A stretch of 55,979 nt of DNA from a virus (Duplodnaviria; Caudoviricetes), in IMG/VR virus record IMGVR_UViG_3300020385_000019, positions 1 through 55,979 of that record; one strand, given 5' to 3'. Below, one piece after another: positions 1 to 9,900 of this stretch. The notes under the pieces were generated by a model. The model made no database searches. It saw only the letters and a program-made list of their open reading frames with translations, and had not been told where the DNA came from. Position 1 is the stretch's first letter. Every line of letters starts with the position of its first letter. The position numbers were made by a program, and so were the translations under genes.

Positions 1-77
1 AGATGAAATAAAGGGGGTAAAAGAGGGATAAAAATAAATAGCGGTAGATGACTAAAGGCAATGAATCATTAAGTTTA
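1..77 (+). repeat. Left att core-like direct repeat (may extend beyond the window start)
   Basis: Exact match to 55843-55919; copies diverge at 78/55920. Confidence 0.85.
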
Positions 78-155
78 ATAGCTTGCCCGTATCTGAACCA
101 AACTCATGTTTTTCAATGTTTTTTTCTTGTGTCATGGTCTTGCCTTTTTCCGTTT

Positions 156-176
156 TGGTACACAAATTGGTACTCA
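156..176 (+). promoter_or_regulatory. Putative integrase arm-type binding sites (TGGTACACAA, TGGTACTCA)
   Basis: Same motif recurs next to the right repeat, direct at 55743-55752 and inverted at 55703-55723. Confidence 0.6.
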
Positions 177-358
177 TTTAGATTTTACAACGAATGTTAT
201 TCAACTAACATGGACTAGAATATTGTGATTTAAGAAGTGTAATTCAAGGGCTGGGCGGCAAATTTCTCGTAGACTTAACGATCAACCTACTATAACTTAA
301 TTACGCAATATTAATACAGGTAGTTTTATATTGCTGGTTGATGACTCGATACTCTGTT

Positions 359-385
359 AAAAGCCCTCTTAATTGAGGGCTTTTT
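359..385. terminator. Bidirectional intrinsic terminator after the antirepressor
   Basis: AAAAGCCCTC-TTAATT-GAGGGCTTTT perfect inverted repeat with A/T tails. Confidence 0.85.
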
Positions 386-390
386 GTTTG

Positions 391-1146
391 TTATGCTGCG
401 TGCTCTTGATCTCGCTCGCTCCAAAGTTTTTGAAGTTTGGCGAGCCCTTTACCTGTAACCAATGCTGTTACTGATTGCTTAAGGCCGTGATCTGGGTGCT
501 CCCAACTTCCAAGCTTAACATCAAGATAGCCTGCTTCAATTTTTGCTTGGTAAGGCTCATTGTGTCTTGTGATCCAGCCTATTTGACGAAGGAACGCAAA
601 TAACCGACGCTGGCCTGTACCAATAATCTTTGCGGCTTGCGCTACACTTATTGCATCAGGCGCGACTTCAACTTGCTTGGCAAAGGCTACGCGCGGTGCT
701 TCCTCTTCAAGTTGATGCTCAAGCTTTAGCTTTTCTTTCTCAAGCCTAATACGATCTTCTTCTGATTGCATGGCCAGTTGCAAAATATCCATGCGCGATA
801 AGTTTTCCGCTGGCGCTTGGCGCTTGTTCAGTTCGTCACGCATTTCAAAGAACGCTTTGATCAGTGCTTTTTTGAATGCTTTAACCGTTTCGTTGTTTCT
901 AAAGTACGTTAATAGCAAGGCTGATTGCTGCTCGTTAAGAATTGCATATTCAACCTTTGAGCCCCCGCCCTGCGGACGCTTCACCACCCGCATTTCAAAT
1001 GCGAGTGGGCCAAACTCTTCAAAATCACTGGCATTCTGCCGAATCAATTGAATAACTGACTTGTGCGTGCCGCCCACACCTTCAGCAATTGCCAGTGAGG
1101 TGGTGATCGGGCAATTTGTATCATTTAAGGTCACGATGCTGTTCAT
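391..1146 (-). CDS. ant: Phage antirepressor, Rha N-terminal domain plus ANT/KilAC C-terminal domain
   Basis: N-terminal TTSLAIAEG..HKSVIQLI...FKKALIKAFFEM (Rha-like); C-terminal ISVAQAAKIIG..RLFAFLR..GW...NEPYQ..VTGKG (KilAC-like). Confidence 0.85.
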   Translation of the reverse strand: MNSIVTLNDTNCPITTSLAIAEGVGGTHKSVIQLIRQNASDFEEFGPLAFEMRVVKRPQGGGSKVEYAILNEQQSALLLTYFRNNETVKAFKKALIKAFFEMRDELNKRQAPAENLSRMDILQLAMQSEEDRIRLEKEKLKLEHQLEEEAPRVAFAKQVEVAPDAISVAQAAKIIGTGQRRLFAFLRQIGWITRHNEPYQAKIEAGYLDVKLGSWEHPDHGLKQSVTALVTGKGLAKLQKLWSERDQEHAA

Positions 1147-1412
1147 TGGATAGTCCTCATTGGCATTGATTCAAATTTAACTTGCATATCGCCCAGGCGA
1201 TCAGATACAAGCCACAATAAATTAGAAATTTGCTCCATGGAGAACCCCTCCATGTTGTCGTTACCTATCATGAAATCTACGAGCGATTTGGTTTGCGTTA
1301 ACAGACGATCAAAGTCATCGTAACTGTCGTTTGTCATGATGTTTGCTTTTACGAGTAATTCACTTTCATTTACTCGTTGTGCGTTATCTTGGTTTTTTGC
1401 TATATTAGCCAT
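1143..1412 (-). CDS. Hypothetical protein (89 aa, start MANIAK)
   Basis: AAGGAGAG RBS before ATG at 1412; ATGA overlap with the ant start. Confidence 0.7.
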   Translation of the reverse strand: MANIAKNQDNAQRVNESELLVKANIMTNDSYDDFDRLLTQTKSLVDFMIGNDNMEGFSMEQISNLLWLVSDRLGDMQVKFESMPMRTIQ

Positions 1413-1488
1413 GAAGACTCTCCTTACAAATGCTTTGTTGGCTGTTTTCATTGGCCTCAACTGTTCCCGCAGTTGGGGCTTTCATTTT
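1413..1488 (+). ncRNA. Putative sar-like antisense RNA of the antirepressor operon
   Basis: Extended -10 TGcTATATT at 1398-1406; antisense to the RBS of the 1412 gene; ends in hairpin GCCTCAACTG-TTCCCG-CAGTTGGGGC plus T-rich tail; resembles P22 sar as recalled. Confidence 0.55.
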
Positions 1489-1648
1489 ATTGCGCGGTTT
1501 TAACTTGCTCATCAGCTTTCCTTTTTTCATCAAGTAAAAAATTAAGCTCGGCTGTAAGTGAGCGGCGGTTCTTTTTGGCCTGCTCTTTTAGCCATTCGTG
1601 GTTAGCCGGTACAACTCTGAATTTAACTTGTGCATATTGGTGTGACAT
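1487..1648 (-). CDS. Arc-family ribbon-helix-helix repressor (53 aa, start MSHQYAQ)
   Basis: QVKFRV...WLKEQAKKNRRSLTAEL Arc motif; AGGAG RBS. Confidence 0.8.
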   Translation of the reverse strand: MSHQYAQVKFRVVPANHEWLKEQAKKNRRSLTAELNFLLDEKRKADEQVKTAQ

Positions 1649-1649
1649 A

Positions 1650-1817
1650 CTACTGCTCCTGTTGATTTGATTGCGCAGCTTCATCGTCGGCTTTAATTTT
1701 TTTAAGCCACATTTCAACTTGCTTGTTACGCGATCGCCCCTCTTCTTTTGCCTTTGCTGTTATGTACGCTTGCATTTCCGGCTCAAAGCGGAATGACATG
1801 GGTTGGTATTGTTTCAT
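1650..1817 (-). CDS. Second Arc-like RHH protein (55 aa), absent from the ORF track
   Basis: Manual translation MKQYQPMSFRFEPEMQAYITAKAKEEGRSRNKQVEMWLKK...; GGAGAG RBS; stop 1 nt before the next ATG. Confidence 0.75.
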   Translation of the reverse strand: MKQYQPMSFRFEPEMQAYITAKAKEEGRSRNKQVEMWLKKIKADDEAAQSNQQEQ

Positions 1818-1844
1818 TTTATCTCTCCAAACTTATTTATGCTT

Positions 1845-1930
1845 AAGTAACACTACATAGTAGTTACACCAAATATTACACCGTGAAACTATACTGTCAA
1901 ACTTTTTTTAACTACACTGTGTAATAATTT
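1845..1930. promoter_or_regulatory. Divergent promoter/operator region of the immI-like module
   Basis: Lies between divergent Arc-family genes; short palindromes ACTAC-ATA-GTAGT (1852-1864) and TACAC-T-GTGTA (1913-1923). Confidence 0.5.
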
Positions 1931-1948
1931 GTTCGGAAGAAGATAATA

Positions 1949-2713
1949 ATGAGTAGAGATATAGCTCCATTTGGGGTTAGGATGCCTAGCCATTTAAAAG
2001 AAGAACTTCACAAAAAATCTAACCTGAACGGTCGTTCTTTGAATGCAGAGATAGTCTCAAGGCTAGAGAAATCAGTTGATGAAGAAGTAAATAAAATTGA
2101 ACATGTAAATGCCGACTTGTTGGAGCAGTTGCAAACAGCACTAGATCAGCGCCAAGCTCTAGGAAATCAAGTCCACACCATGCAAGAAAGACTGGGCGGA
2201 TTATCTATATTACTATCAAACCTTAACCATCATGTGATACCTGCTTTGTGCCAAACCAAAAACACTCGACTAGCCAGTGCGGGCACAACTTATGGTGACA
2301 AGGATCGCCTTTGTGCATTTATTAATGGCTTTTTTAGCGCATCAGAAATTGTGTTTTACATTCGTGATGGGCACTCCAACCATAGCGCGCTAACCGTTTT
2401 ATTAAAGGGTGATGCAAATAACTTTCTTGCAGACGCTACCCCTATGACCGTTGAACGCCTGCCAAGAGAAAGGGAAGTTTTAGAATTATTCCAAGACCTT
2501 GATGAGCGTGGCTTATTGGATGTTGCCGAGTTTGCTGTTACTCGAGTAAAACAAACACGTGATTTACCTGTAGATCAAGCGATTGAAGAGTTAGAGCAAT
2601 ACGAAACTAAACCTGTACGTTCTAATGTTTACGAATTTTTAAGCCTGTTTTTCCGTGAGCCAGAAAAGGTAAAGCCTGATTGGTTTGTTGACGAATGGAA
2701 AAAGTTGAATTAG
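1949..2713 (+). CDS. Arc/Mnt-family DNA-binding protein with a long C-terminal extension
   Basis: N-terminal PFGVRMPSHLKEEL...NGRSLNAEIVSRLEKS; divergent from the arc-ant operon like P22 mnt. Confidence 0.8.
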   Translation: MSRDIAPFGVRMPSHLKEELHKKSNLNGRSLNAEIVSRLEKSVDEEVNKIEHVNADLLEQLQTALDQRQALGNQVHTMQERLGGLSILLSNLNHHVIPALCQTKNTRLASAGTTYGDKDRLCAFINGFFSASEIVFYIRDGHSNHSALTVLLKGDANNFLADATPMTVERLPREREVLELFQDLDERGLLDVAEFAVTRVKQTRDLPVDQAIEELEQYETKPVRSNVYEFLSLFFREPEKVKPDWFVDEWKKLN

Positions 2714-2765
2714 TTTATTGTGCTTACGCAATTAAAAACATAAATAAATAGTAAAGGAGTTACAT

Positions 2766-2975
2766 ATGGGCGGTATAAGTATTTGGCAGATATTAATTTT
2801 AGTGTTCTTTTTTGTAGGTTTTATATTACCTTGCATACTTGCGTTATGCTCTAGCAAAGCCAAAGGACACCATAAATTTATTTGGTTTTTACTTTCATTC
2901 TTATTTTCATGGATAGGTTACGCAGTTTACTATTTCTCAGTAATAAAGAAATTAAACACTGAGAATATCCAATGA
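2766..2975 (+). CDS. Small two-TM membrane protein (moron; possible superinfection exclusion)
   Basis: AAGGAG RBS, two hydrophobic segments, AT-rich. Confidence 0.65.
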   Translation: MGGISIWQILILVFFFVGFILPCILALCSSKAKGHHKFIWFLLSFLFSWIGYAVYYFSVIKKLNTENIQ

Positions 2976-3021
2976 CAATTCAAAGCGCATTCCCGTTAGC
3001 AGCGCCGCTAAAGGATTTAAA

Positions 3022-3918
3022 ATGAAGCAGCTAATTTTAATATTATTTTTATTTTTCTTTTCCCCTTTATCGCAAGCGTTAACGTTTTCAAAGCTTGGTG
3101 GCACATTTTTAATAAGAGGCGAGATAGAAAAAGGCGACTTTCACGCTTTTTTAAAAAAATTCGCGGAGTGGGAGCGAGCTCCTACGGTGTTTGAAATTGA
3201 TTCGCCTGGCGGCGATCTTAACGAAGCTATAGAGATAGGTAGTTTTATTAGAAAAAGCCAAATCCCTGTTTGGGTTTGGAATGAATGCAGTAGCGCCTGC
3301 GTATTCATATATGCATCTGCTGTAGAAAGGTACGTTAAAGGGAAAATAGGGCTACACAGGCCCTACTTTGATTCAAAGTATTTTTCATCCCTAACCTCTT
3401 CAGAGGCTGAAAGCAAATATAATGAACTAAAGTTAAATGCCAGTTTATATTTAAAGCATGCGGGCGTTAAGCAAAACATAATACATAAGATGTTTAGCAC
3501 AAGCTCAAAAGATATACACTACATTTCAGGTGACGATGCAAATAAAGAGTTTGGTGTTATATCTGACTTTTACGAAGAATGGATAATATCAAAGTGCGGC
3601 GCATACACTACGGCCGAACAAAAAGTAATAACATCGATTGGAGATTTGAATGCAGCAAGAATGACTGCTGTCGCTATGCAAGATCAAAATATAGACAAAG
3701 CGGATGATTTTGGCAGTAACTTAGAAGAACTTTGGAATGGCGCCCAACTTGCCTTAGAACTCGACAGGAATGGCATGTTACAACCCTATGCTGAGAAGCT
3801 AGAAAAGCGAAGTAGATGTATAGATAAATCAACAAATGCTCATATTTTAGAATGGCACTTAGTTCTAAAAGAAAATTTAGTAGAGGTATTGGAAGAGTTA
3901 AATACTCTTTCGCGCTAA
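3022..3918 (+). CDS. Exported ClpP/crotonase-like fold protein (COG3904-like moron)
   Basis: Signal peptide (..SQA); DSPGGD, CSSAC and IGLHRP motifs. Confidence 0.7.
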   Translation: MKQLILILFLFFFSPLSQALTFSKLGGTFLIRGEIEKGDFHAFLKKFAEWERAPTVFEIDSPGGDLNEAIEIGSFIRKSQIPVWVWNECSSACVFIYASAVERYVKGKIGLHRPYFDSKYFSSLTSSEAESKYNELKLNASLYLKHAGVKQNIIHKMFSTSSKDIHYISGDDANKEFGVISDFYEEWIISKCGAYTTAEQKVITSIGDLNAARMTAVAMQDQNIDKADDFGSNLEELWNGAQLALELDRNGMLQPYAEKLEKRSRCIDKSTNAHILEWHLVLKENLVEVLEELNTLSR

Positions 3919-3942
3919 ACCGTTTTAAAGCTTTAAGATATA

Positions 3943-3962
3943 AACCCGCATTAGAGCGGGTT
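3943..3962. terminator. Hairpin between the convergent moron and late operon
   Basis: AACCCGC-ATTAGA-GCGGGTT. Confidence 0.6.
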
Positions 3963-3979
3963 ACCCCCCAAACTAACCG

Positions 3980-6900
3980 CTAATCATTTTTGATTATGCG
4001 GTTAAATCGACTTCTTACCTCCCTTGCTGATTCATTGTCCATTATTAACTGCGCTCGCTTCACTGCGCTTTCAAATGAGCGGTCAGATAGATTTACTGGC
4101 GGCACTTGCTCACGCAGTAAAAAGCCAACATTGCGCTTACTAATCCCCGCTAAAAAGAGTATTTGCACAACTTGCCTGCGACTTGCTCCCCCTGTTTGAG
4201 CTGCTTTGATCAAGCGCGACATTTGCTTAAATGCTTGCTCTTGCTTTGTTTTGGCTCGTGCTTTGGCTGCGCTTATTTCTTCGTCAGATACTTTGTTAGG
4301 GTCCCTTAGTACGCCGCTTAGCTCTTTTCGGGCTTCGGCTATGGCACTGTTAAAGTCAAACGTGCGGTAGTATAAGCCGACCTTTGGATCAAAAGTTGAG
4401 CTTCTAAAGCCTGCAAGCGCCAGCATTTCATCTGATAGGCTGTAAGGCTTACCGGTTGATCGCTTAACATCACCTGCCGCCATGCCAATACGCCACGCAT
4501 TATTTACAAAGCCGGGTGCTAAACCTAATGCTAGATGGCTGGCTATATCTGCACTTTTGCGTATGGCGGTATCGCTCTCTTTGTATACTTGCCCACCGCT
4601 GCTTTTTTTATTACTGAGCACTTCAAGTATTTTGCTTGTTGTTATATCAGTGCCTAAAAATGGCGATACCATATCGCTAAGTGATGAGGCTATAGCCTCG
4701 TTAACAGGTTGGTCGCGCATCATGGCCTCTATTGGGCGTTTCCAGTAGGCGTAAGGGTCTAAGAACGACATATCAAAGTAACGTAGATTGTTATCGCTAT
4801 CTCGGCCTGCGTAAACAAAGGTTGAATTTTTTTGCCATGGCGGCGCTAAGTCTCTTAGCGCTTCTTCTTCATCATCGGTCACGCCAAACATGGCGGCGCT
4901 TAATGCAGATAGAGCAAACATGCCGCCACTGGCTAAGCTCATGCCTACAATTCGTTTTGCGCCCATTGCGCGTATCTCTGGGTTGTCCGACTTAATTTCG
5001 CTTGCAGCAAGCTTCATCATGTTGCCTGTGGTTCTAATGATTTCAGCCGGAAACGACACAAACGTACCCGCTAGCGGGAACCGTGACAGCCAAACACCTG
5101 CTTTGCCTACTCGGCTGTATGTTGGGTAGGTATCTTGTATGCGCTCAGCGGCCACTACCTCTGCATCACTTTCTTCCATACCAGTACGTATTAGTGCTGC
5201 TTTTTCATTTTCAAATCCGACTATTTTCCAAAAGTCATCGCCAAAGCGATAAAACCCTGTGGCCTTTGCAGTTAACCAGCGCAAGTTCTCCGTTGTTTTG
5301 TCGGCTAGTTTATTTAACCCATCAAAGCCTGTGTTGCTTCTGCCTTCAAGCATTTGGTTTATTTTGCCATCAGTCATCACCTTGACTATATCGCCTGCAT
5401 TAGCTGAGTCATAAAGCACGCCTAATTTAATTAAGCGTTTTATGTAATCAGATTCGCCATCGGTTACTTTTTCTTTAACTTGTGCGTTAAATGCTGCCAC
5501 GGCTTGCTTCATGTATTTTTGGTTAAAGTGCCCGTTGGCAACGGTGAAAAAGTACGCCGACATCACATTACGCATGGCTGTTGTGGGTGACAGCACAGTT
5601 TTGCCGTATTTAATAAGCCCGTTTAGTCGTATGGCTTTTTCTAGCCACCCCTCACCACGCTCACCGCCCATCGCATCTTCAAACGCTTCTTTTATTTCTG
5701 GCGTTGTCCACATGCCGTTTAACGGCGCGTACACTTCGGATTTTTCACCCGCCAGTTGTACTGTCGCATTAGGTGGGCGGCTGTCTTTTTCAAAAATGAA
5801 ATTGTTAATGCCCATATCGCGTATTGTGCTTAGTAGCTTATCATTAGCGATCATAGCTGACATTTTTGATACTGATTTAGCATAATTAACACGCGGATCA
5901 ATGTACTCACCTAGTAAAGCTCTGATCTCAGGTGATATATCTTTACGTGGTATTAGTGTAGATAAGTCTTTAGAGCCAAGCTTACTTTCAGCAATAAACG
6001 ATCCCAAGCTGTCGTAAGCGGTGCTGGTTTTAACCATTTCGTTCATGGTTACTTGGGCTTTTTGCTGTGCTTCTTTTGCTGTTGCGCCGTCTTTTTCATA
6101 TTGCTTCATTAAGTATGCACGGGCATCATCAATTACCTTGGTGGGTATTTTTTCAAACCACTTAGGATCATCGAACGCTTTATAGCTGCGGTTTAAATAT
6201 TTGCCCATGTTACCTAGCATTTTTTCAAGGCGTGCCGACTCTTTAGGGTCAAGAGTGCCATCCTCTGCAAATCGCTGATGAAGCTTGTTATTGACGCTTG
6301 CTACGTAGTCTTTTGTTAGCCCATCGATATGCTCGCGCATCAGTATAAGCGTGTCTCGCTCGCTTTTATTAAGCGCCTTGCCATCATTTTCACCCGTTAA
6401 AAACTCGTGGTATTTGGACCATTGCGCATCGGTTAATCTGTCAGGGTTTATTTTAGCGCTTTTCATTGCTGAATTTAGCTTCCCTACCAGCATAGACACA
6501 TCAAACTCATGCACCGCCACATCGCGATCACGGCCTCTCTTAGCTTGCTGGACGGTTTCAGGTAAATTGCCACCTGGCATAAACCAGCGTGAAAGCTGGC
6601 GTTTTATTTTTTCGCCTGCTGTTTTATCGGTTTCGCGTAGTTGTGCGTTTAGCGCCTCCCACTCTGGCACGCTTGATTTTTCAAAGCGGTCGCGGGTAAA
6701 CGCTTTTTTTACTGATCCCGCTATTTTGTTTGGCGCTGGGCTAGTGTCGTTATTGGCTGTGCGGCTGAAGCTTATGTCAGGGTTTTCCTTGACAATGTCC
6801 TCTTTAGTAAGTACATTTTTACTCAGACCCTGTGATGGTGAACCACTTCTGGACAATTGGAGTCCAACAAGTCGTACCAAAGCAGGGTTTTTGCCTTCAT

Positions 6901-9900
6901 TTAAGTATTCAAGCTCAAAACCTTTCAGTGCACTATCCGCGTTATCCTTTCCATACACACTCGCTATATTATTAATTTGAAGGTTACGTCCTGCTTTTTT
7001 CTCGAAGTGAACAGCTGCAATTATCGGATTGTTATTATTATCAACCGCGTCAATAAGCAATACCTTGCCGTGTGTTTTCGATTTGAAAACAGCTATTGGA
7101 TCAGATAAATGCTCTGGTAGGTTTGCAATTACATCCATGCCAACAGCGTGTTTAATGCCGTTGGTCGCTTTTTTAATGGTATCTCTCGATATTTGTAAAG
7201 ATAAGTCCGGAGCGCCAAGAAGCCTTAACACTTTTGGGGTTTTTCCTAGCGTGATCATTTGAGGATTAGATCGAAGTGAGCGCATCGCCTTAGCTAAATC
7301 TTTTCGGTATTGCTCGCTTTCGTTTGAGTCGCCATTGTCGCTTGGCTTATTTTTCTTTGAGCTTAAAGCTATACCGCCTTGTTGCTGCTCTGCTGTTTCG
7401 CGCTGCGCTTTGAATCCTTTAACTATACTTTCGAGCATGTCACGCATTGCGGTTACTTCGTCATCTTCACGATAAACAACACCAAGCTTATCTAGCTGCT
7501 TACGAATAAAGCGTTTTAATGCGTTCCACCAATATTTAACTTCGCCTTTGCTTGGTTCGTTTTCTACAAAGCGTGCAAAAATTTCTTCCGCTTTTACATT
7601 GTCGTCCATATCCCAATAGTCGTTATTGGCATCTTTCCAATACTGTTCAAACGCTTTACGGCCTTTGGTCTTTTTAATACGATCAATAAATTCTTGTTTT
7701 GCTTCTTTACCAATAACGGTATCAAGTCCACCATGCGCGATAGTTTCATGTGCTAGCGTTTGCTTTAAGTCTGTTTCGCTATCAATGTTTTCAGCAATAA
7801 CATAAACAGTATTGGACATTTCGCTATAGGCACCCTTAACAGTTGCGCCGTCAAGGCTCATGCGCCATAGTTTTTCTGCTGTGGCGGTATCATCAAGAAT
7901 ACTAACAGTGATCCCGTTAGCGCCTTTTAAGTCTTTAACAAACTTATCAGCAATACGCTGCGCTTGCTCAGTGCTGATTGATTTGCCGCTAGTTGGCTTT
8001 TTAGATTTTGAGAATAAACGTATTCCCTGACTGGTGTTTTCGCTTTCAACAGTATCAAACAATGTTTGATAAGCAGGGTTTATTTTCTCTTGTTCTTCTT
8101 TGTTGGGGTATGGGTAGGTGTTGTCAGACTCAAAACCCATCGACTCTGCTGCTGCCCATGCCTCACTGCCCACTACGTTAGCAAGGTAGTCGTTAGTTAT
8201 ACCTTGCTGATTAAGCTTATCAATAATGTAAGTTTCAAATGAACGCGCCGTCATTTCTACTGGTGTTGCCCAATATGCTTTAGACCGTCTTGTATCAAGT
8301 TCTCTTGAACGCTCAGGTAAACCACTTTGAGCAATAGCACTTTTTACATGTTTAAATGCACTTGCCATTTCTGGGCGTATTTCATCGCTACCCATAGAGT
8401 GCGGCGATTCTGTTATAAATTCGCCTTTTGTTTTTTGCTTACCAAAATAGTTGTCTAAGGCGTGCCACCACTCATGCGCAAGCGATCCTGAACCTGCCTT
8501 TTTAGTAAGGTTAATAACAACGCTGTTTGGTTCGTAATGTGCAGCTGCAGGATTTTTTCCACCTTTACCTCGCGCACCAAATGCGAGCCCTAGCTTACCG
8601 TTTAAACTTAATGCTTTTGGTGGTAAGTCTAATGCTTCAGCTAAATCCATTAATCCATCGTAAGCTTGGTTTAGATTCTTTTGGCGCTTAGCTTGTTCTA
8701 CCCAATTACCAAATTCTACACCTCTAAAACCAAACGTTTCACCAAACGTATCAGGCGTTACATTTTCAGCATAGCGTTCTGGTCCTATGCGCTCAGCATT
8801 AACCGGCTTACGCATACTAGGTGTTTCTTTTATTTTCTGTAGCGTTTGCTCGACTTCTTCGCGATTATTTTTAAGGTAATCTCTGGCTGCACCTAAATCA
8901 TCAAATGACTTTATTTTTAAAACACCGCCTGCACCTTTCCAGCCTAGATAAATATCTTTGGTGTAACGATCACGATAAACGCTTATTTTGCTTTTTTTGC
9001 CACTTGTAGCATTAGCGTTGTCAGTCTGTTCGGCTTTGATTACTTTAGTTAGCAGTGCCTGTACGTCACTTAATGTTTCGCTAGCGCCATCATAAACAGG
9101 GCGACCATTGCGCTCTATAAAGTAAAACACTTTACTAGGTGAATATGTTTTACCGCCAAAAATAGAAAAGCTACCAGAAGAAATTCGGTAATCTGCAACG
9201 TTTTTCAAGGTGTCAATATCAGCCTTTGCAATGGAAGGTATAGCGTCAACAACAGCGGCTAGCTTTGAGCTATGATTACGCATTCTTTGCATAACGCTTG
9301 CTACGTTACGATCACCATTCATTAAGTCTGCGGCAAATGACTTTAACGTATTAACTTTTTCAGCCCATCTTGCAACTTTTCTAGCCACTCTTGGCTTTGA
9401 TGGTATTTCACTTCTCATTGCAGCAATTAGCGCTGCTGACTCCGCATTAGCTCCTTTTTCTACAAGCTCTTTGTAGTTAGGCTCAGGCCATGCTTTGCTT
9501 AATGGTAACTCAGTCGTGCTTTTCTGATCTTGGATGGCTTCACTAAAGCCACTCCAAACATCTTTACGTGCACCGCCTAGCTTCTCTCCAAAGTCATCAA
9601 TATTCTCTTGCTTGACCGTTGCTTGATTGGTGCTTGATTTATTATTGGCAGGCTTCTCGCTCACTTTATCTTTCTGCTTTGCAACTTTTAACAGTTCAGA
9701 AAATGTCATTCCTATATCTGCGACTTTACTTAACCCATACCGTAGTGATGTATCATGATCAAAGCCCGCGCTTCTCGCTTTGCCATACGCTGATTTTGCT
9801 ATGCTATTATCATTAAATGTTGCGATAGCATCGTCATAGTCAGCTTTATTAACGTCCTCAAGCTTACCTATTGGGTTCAAGTATGACTTTTCGCCTTGCA

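Noticed and set aside
2766-2975. tatA gene
   Set aside because: Only the first ~12 residues match; lacks the FG hinge and amphipathic helix and has a second TM
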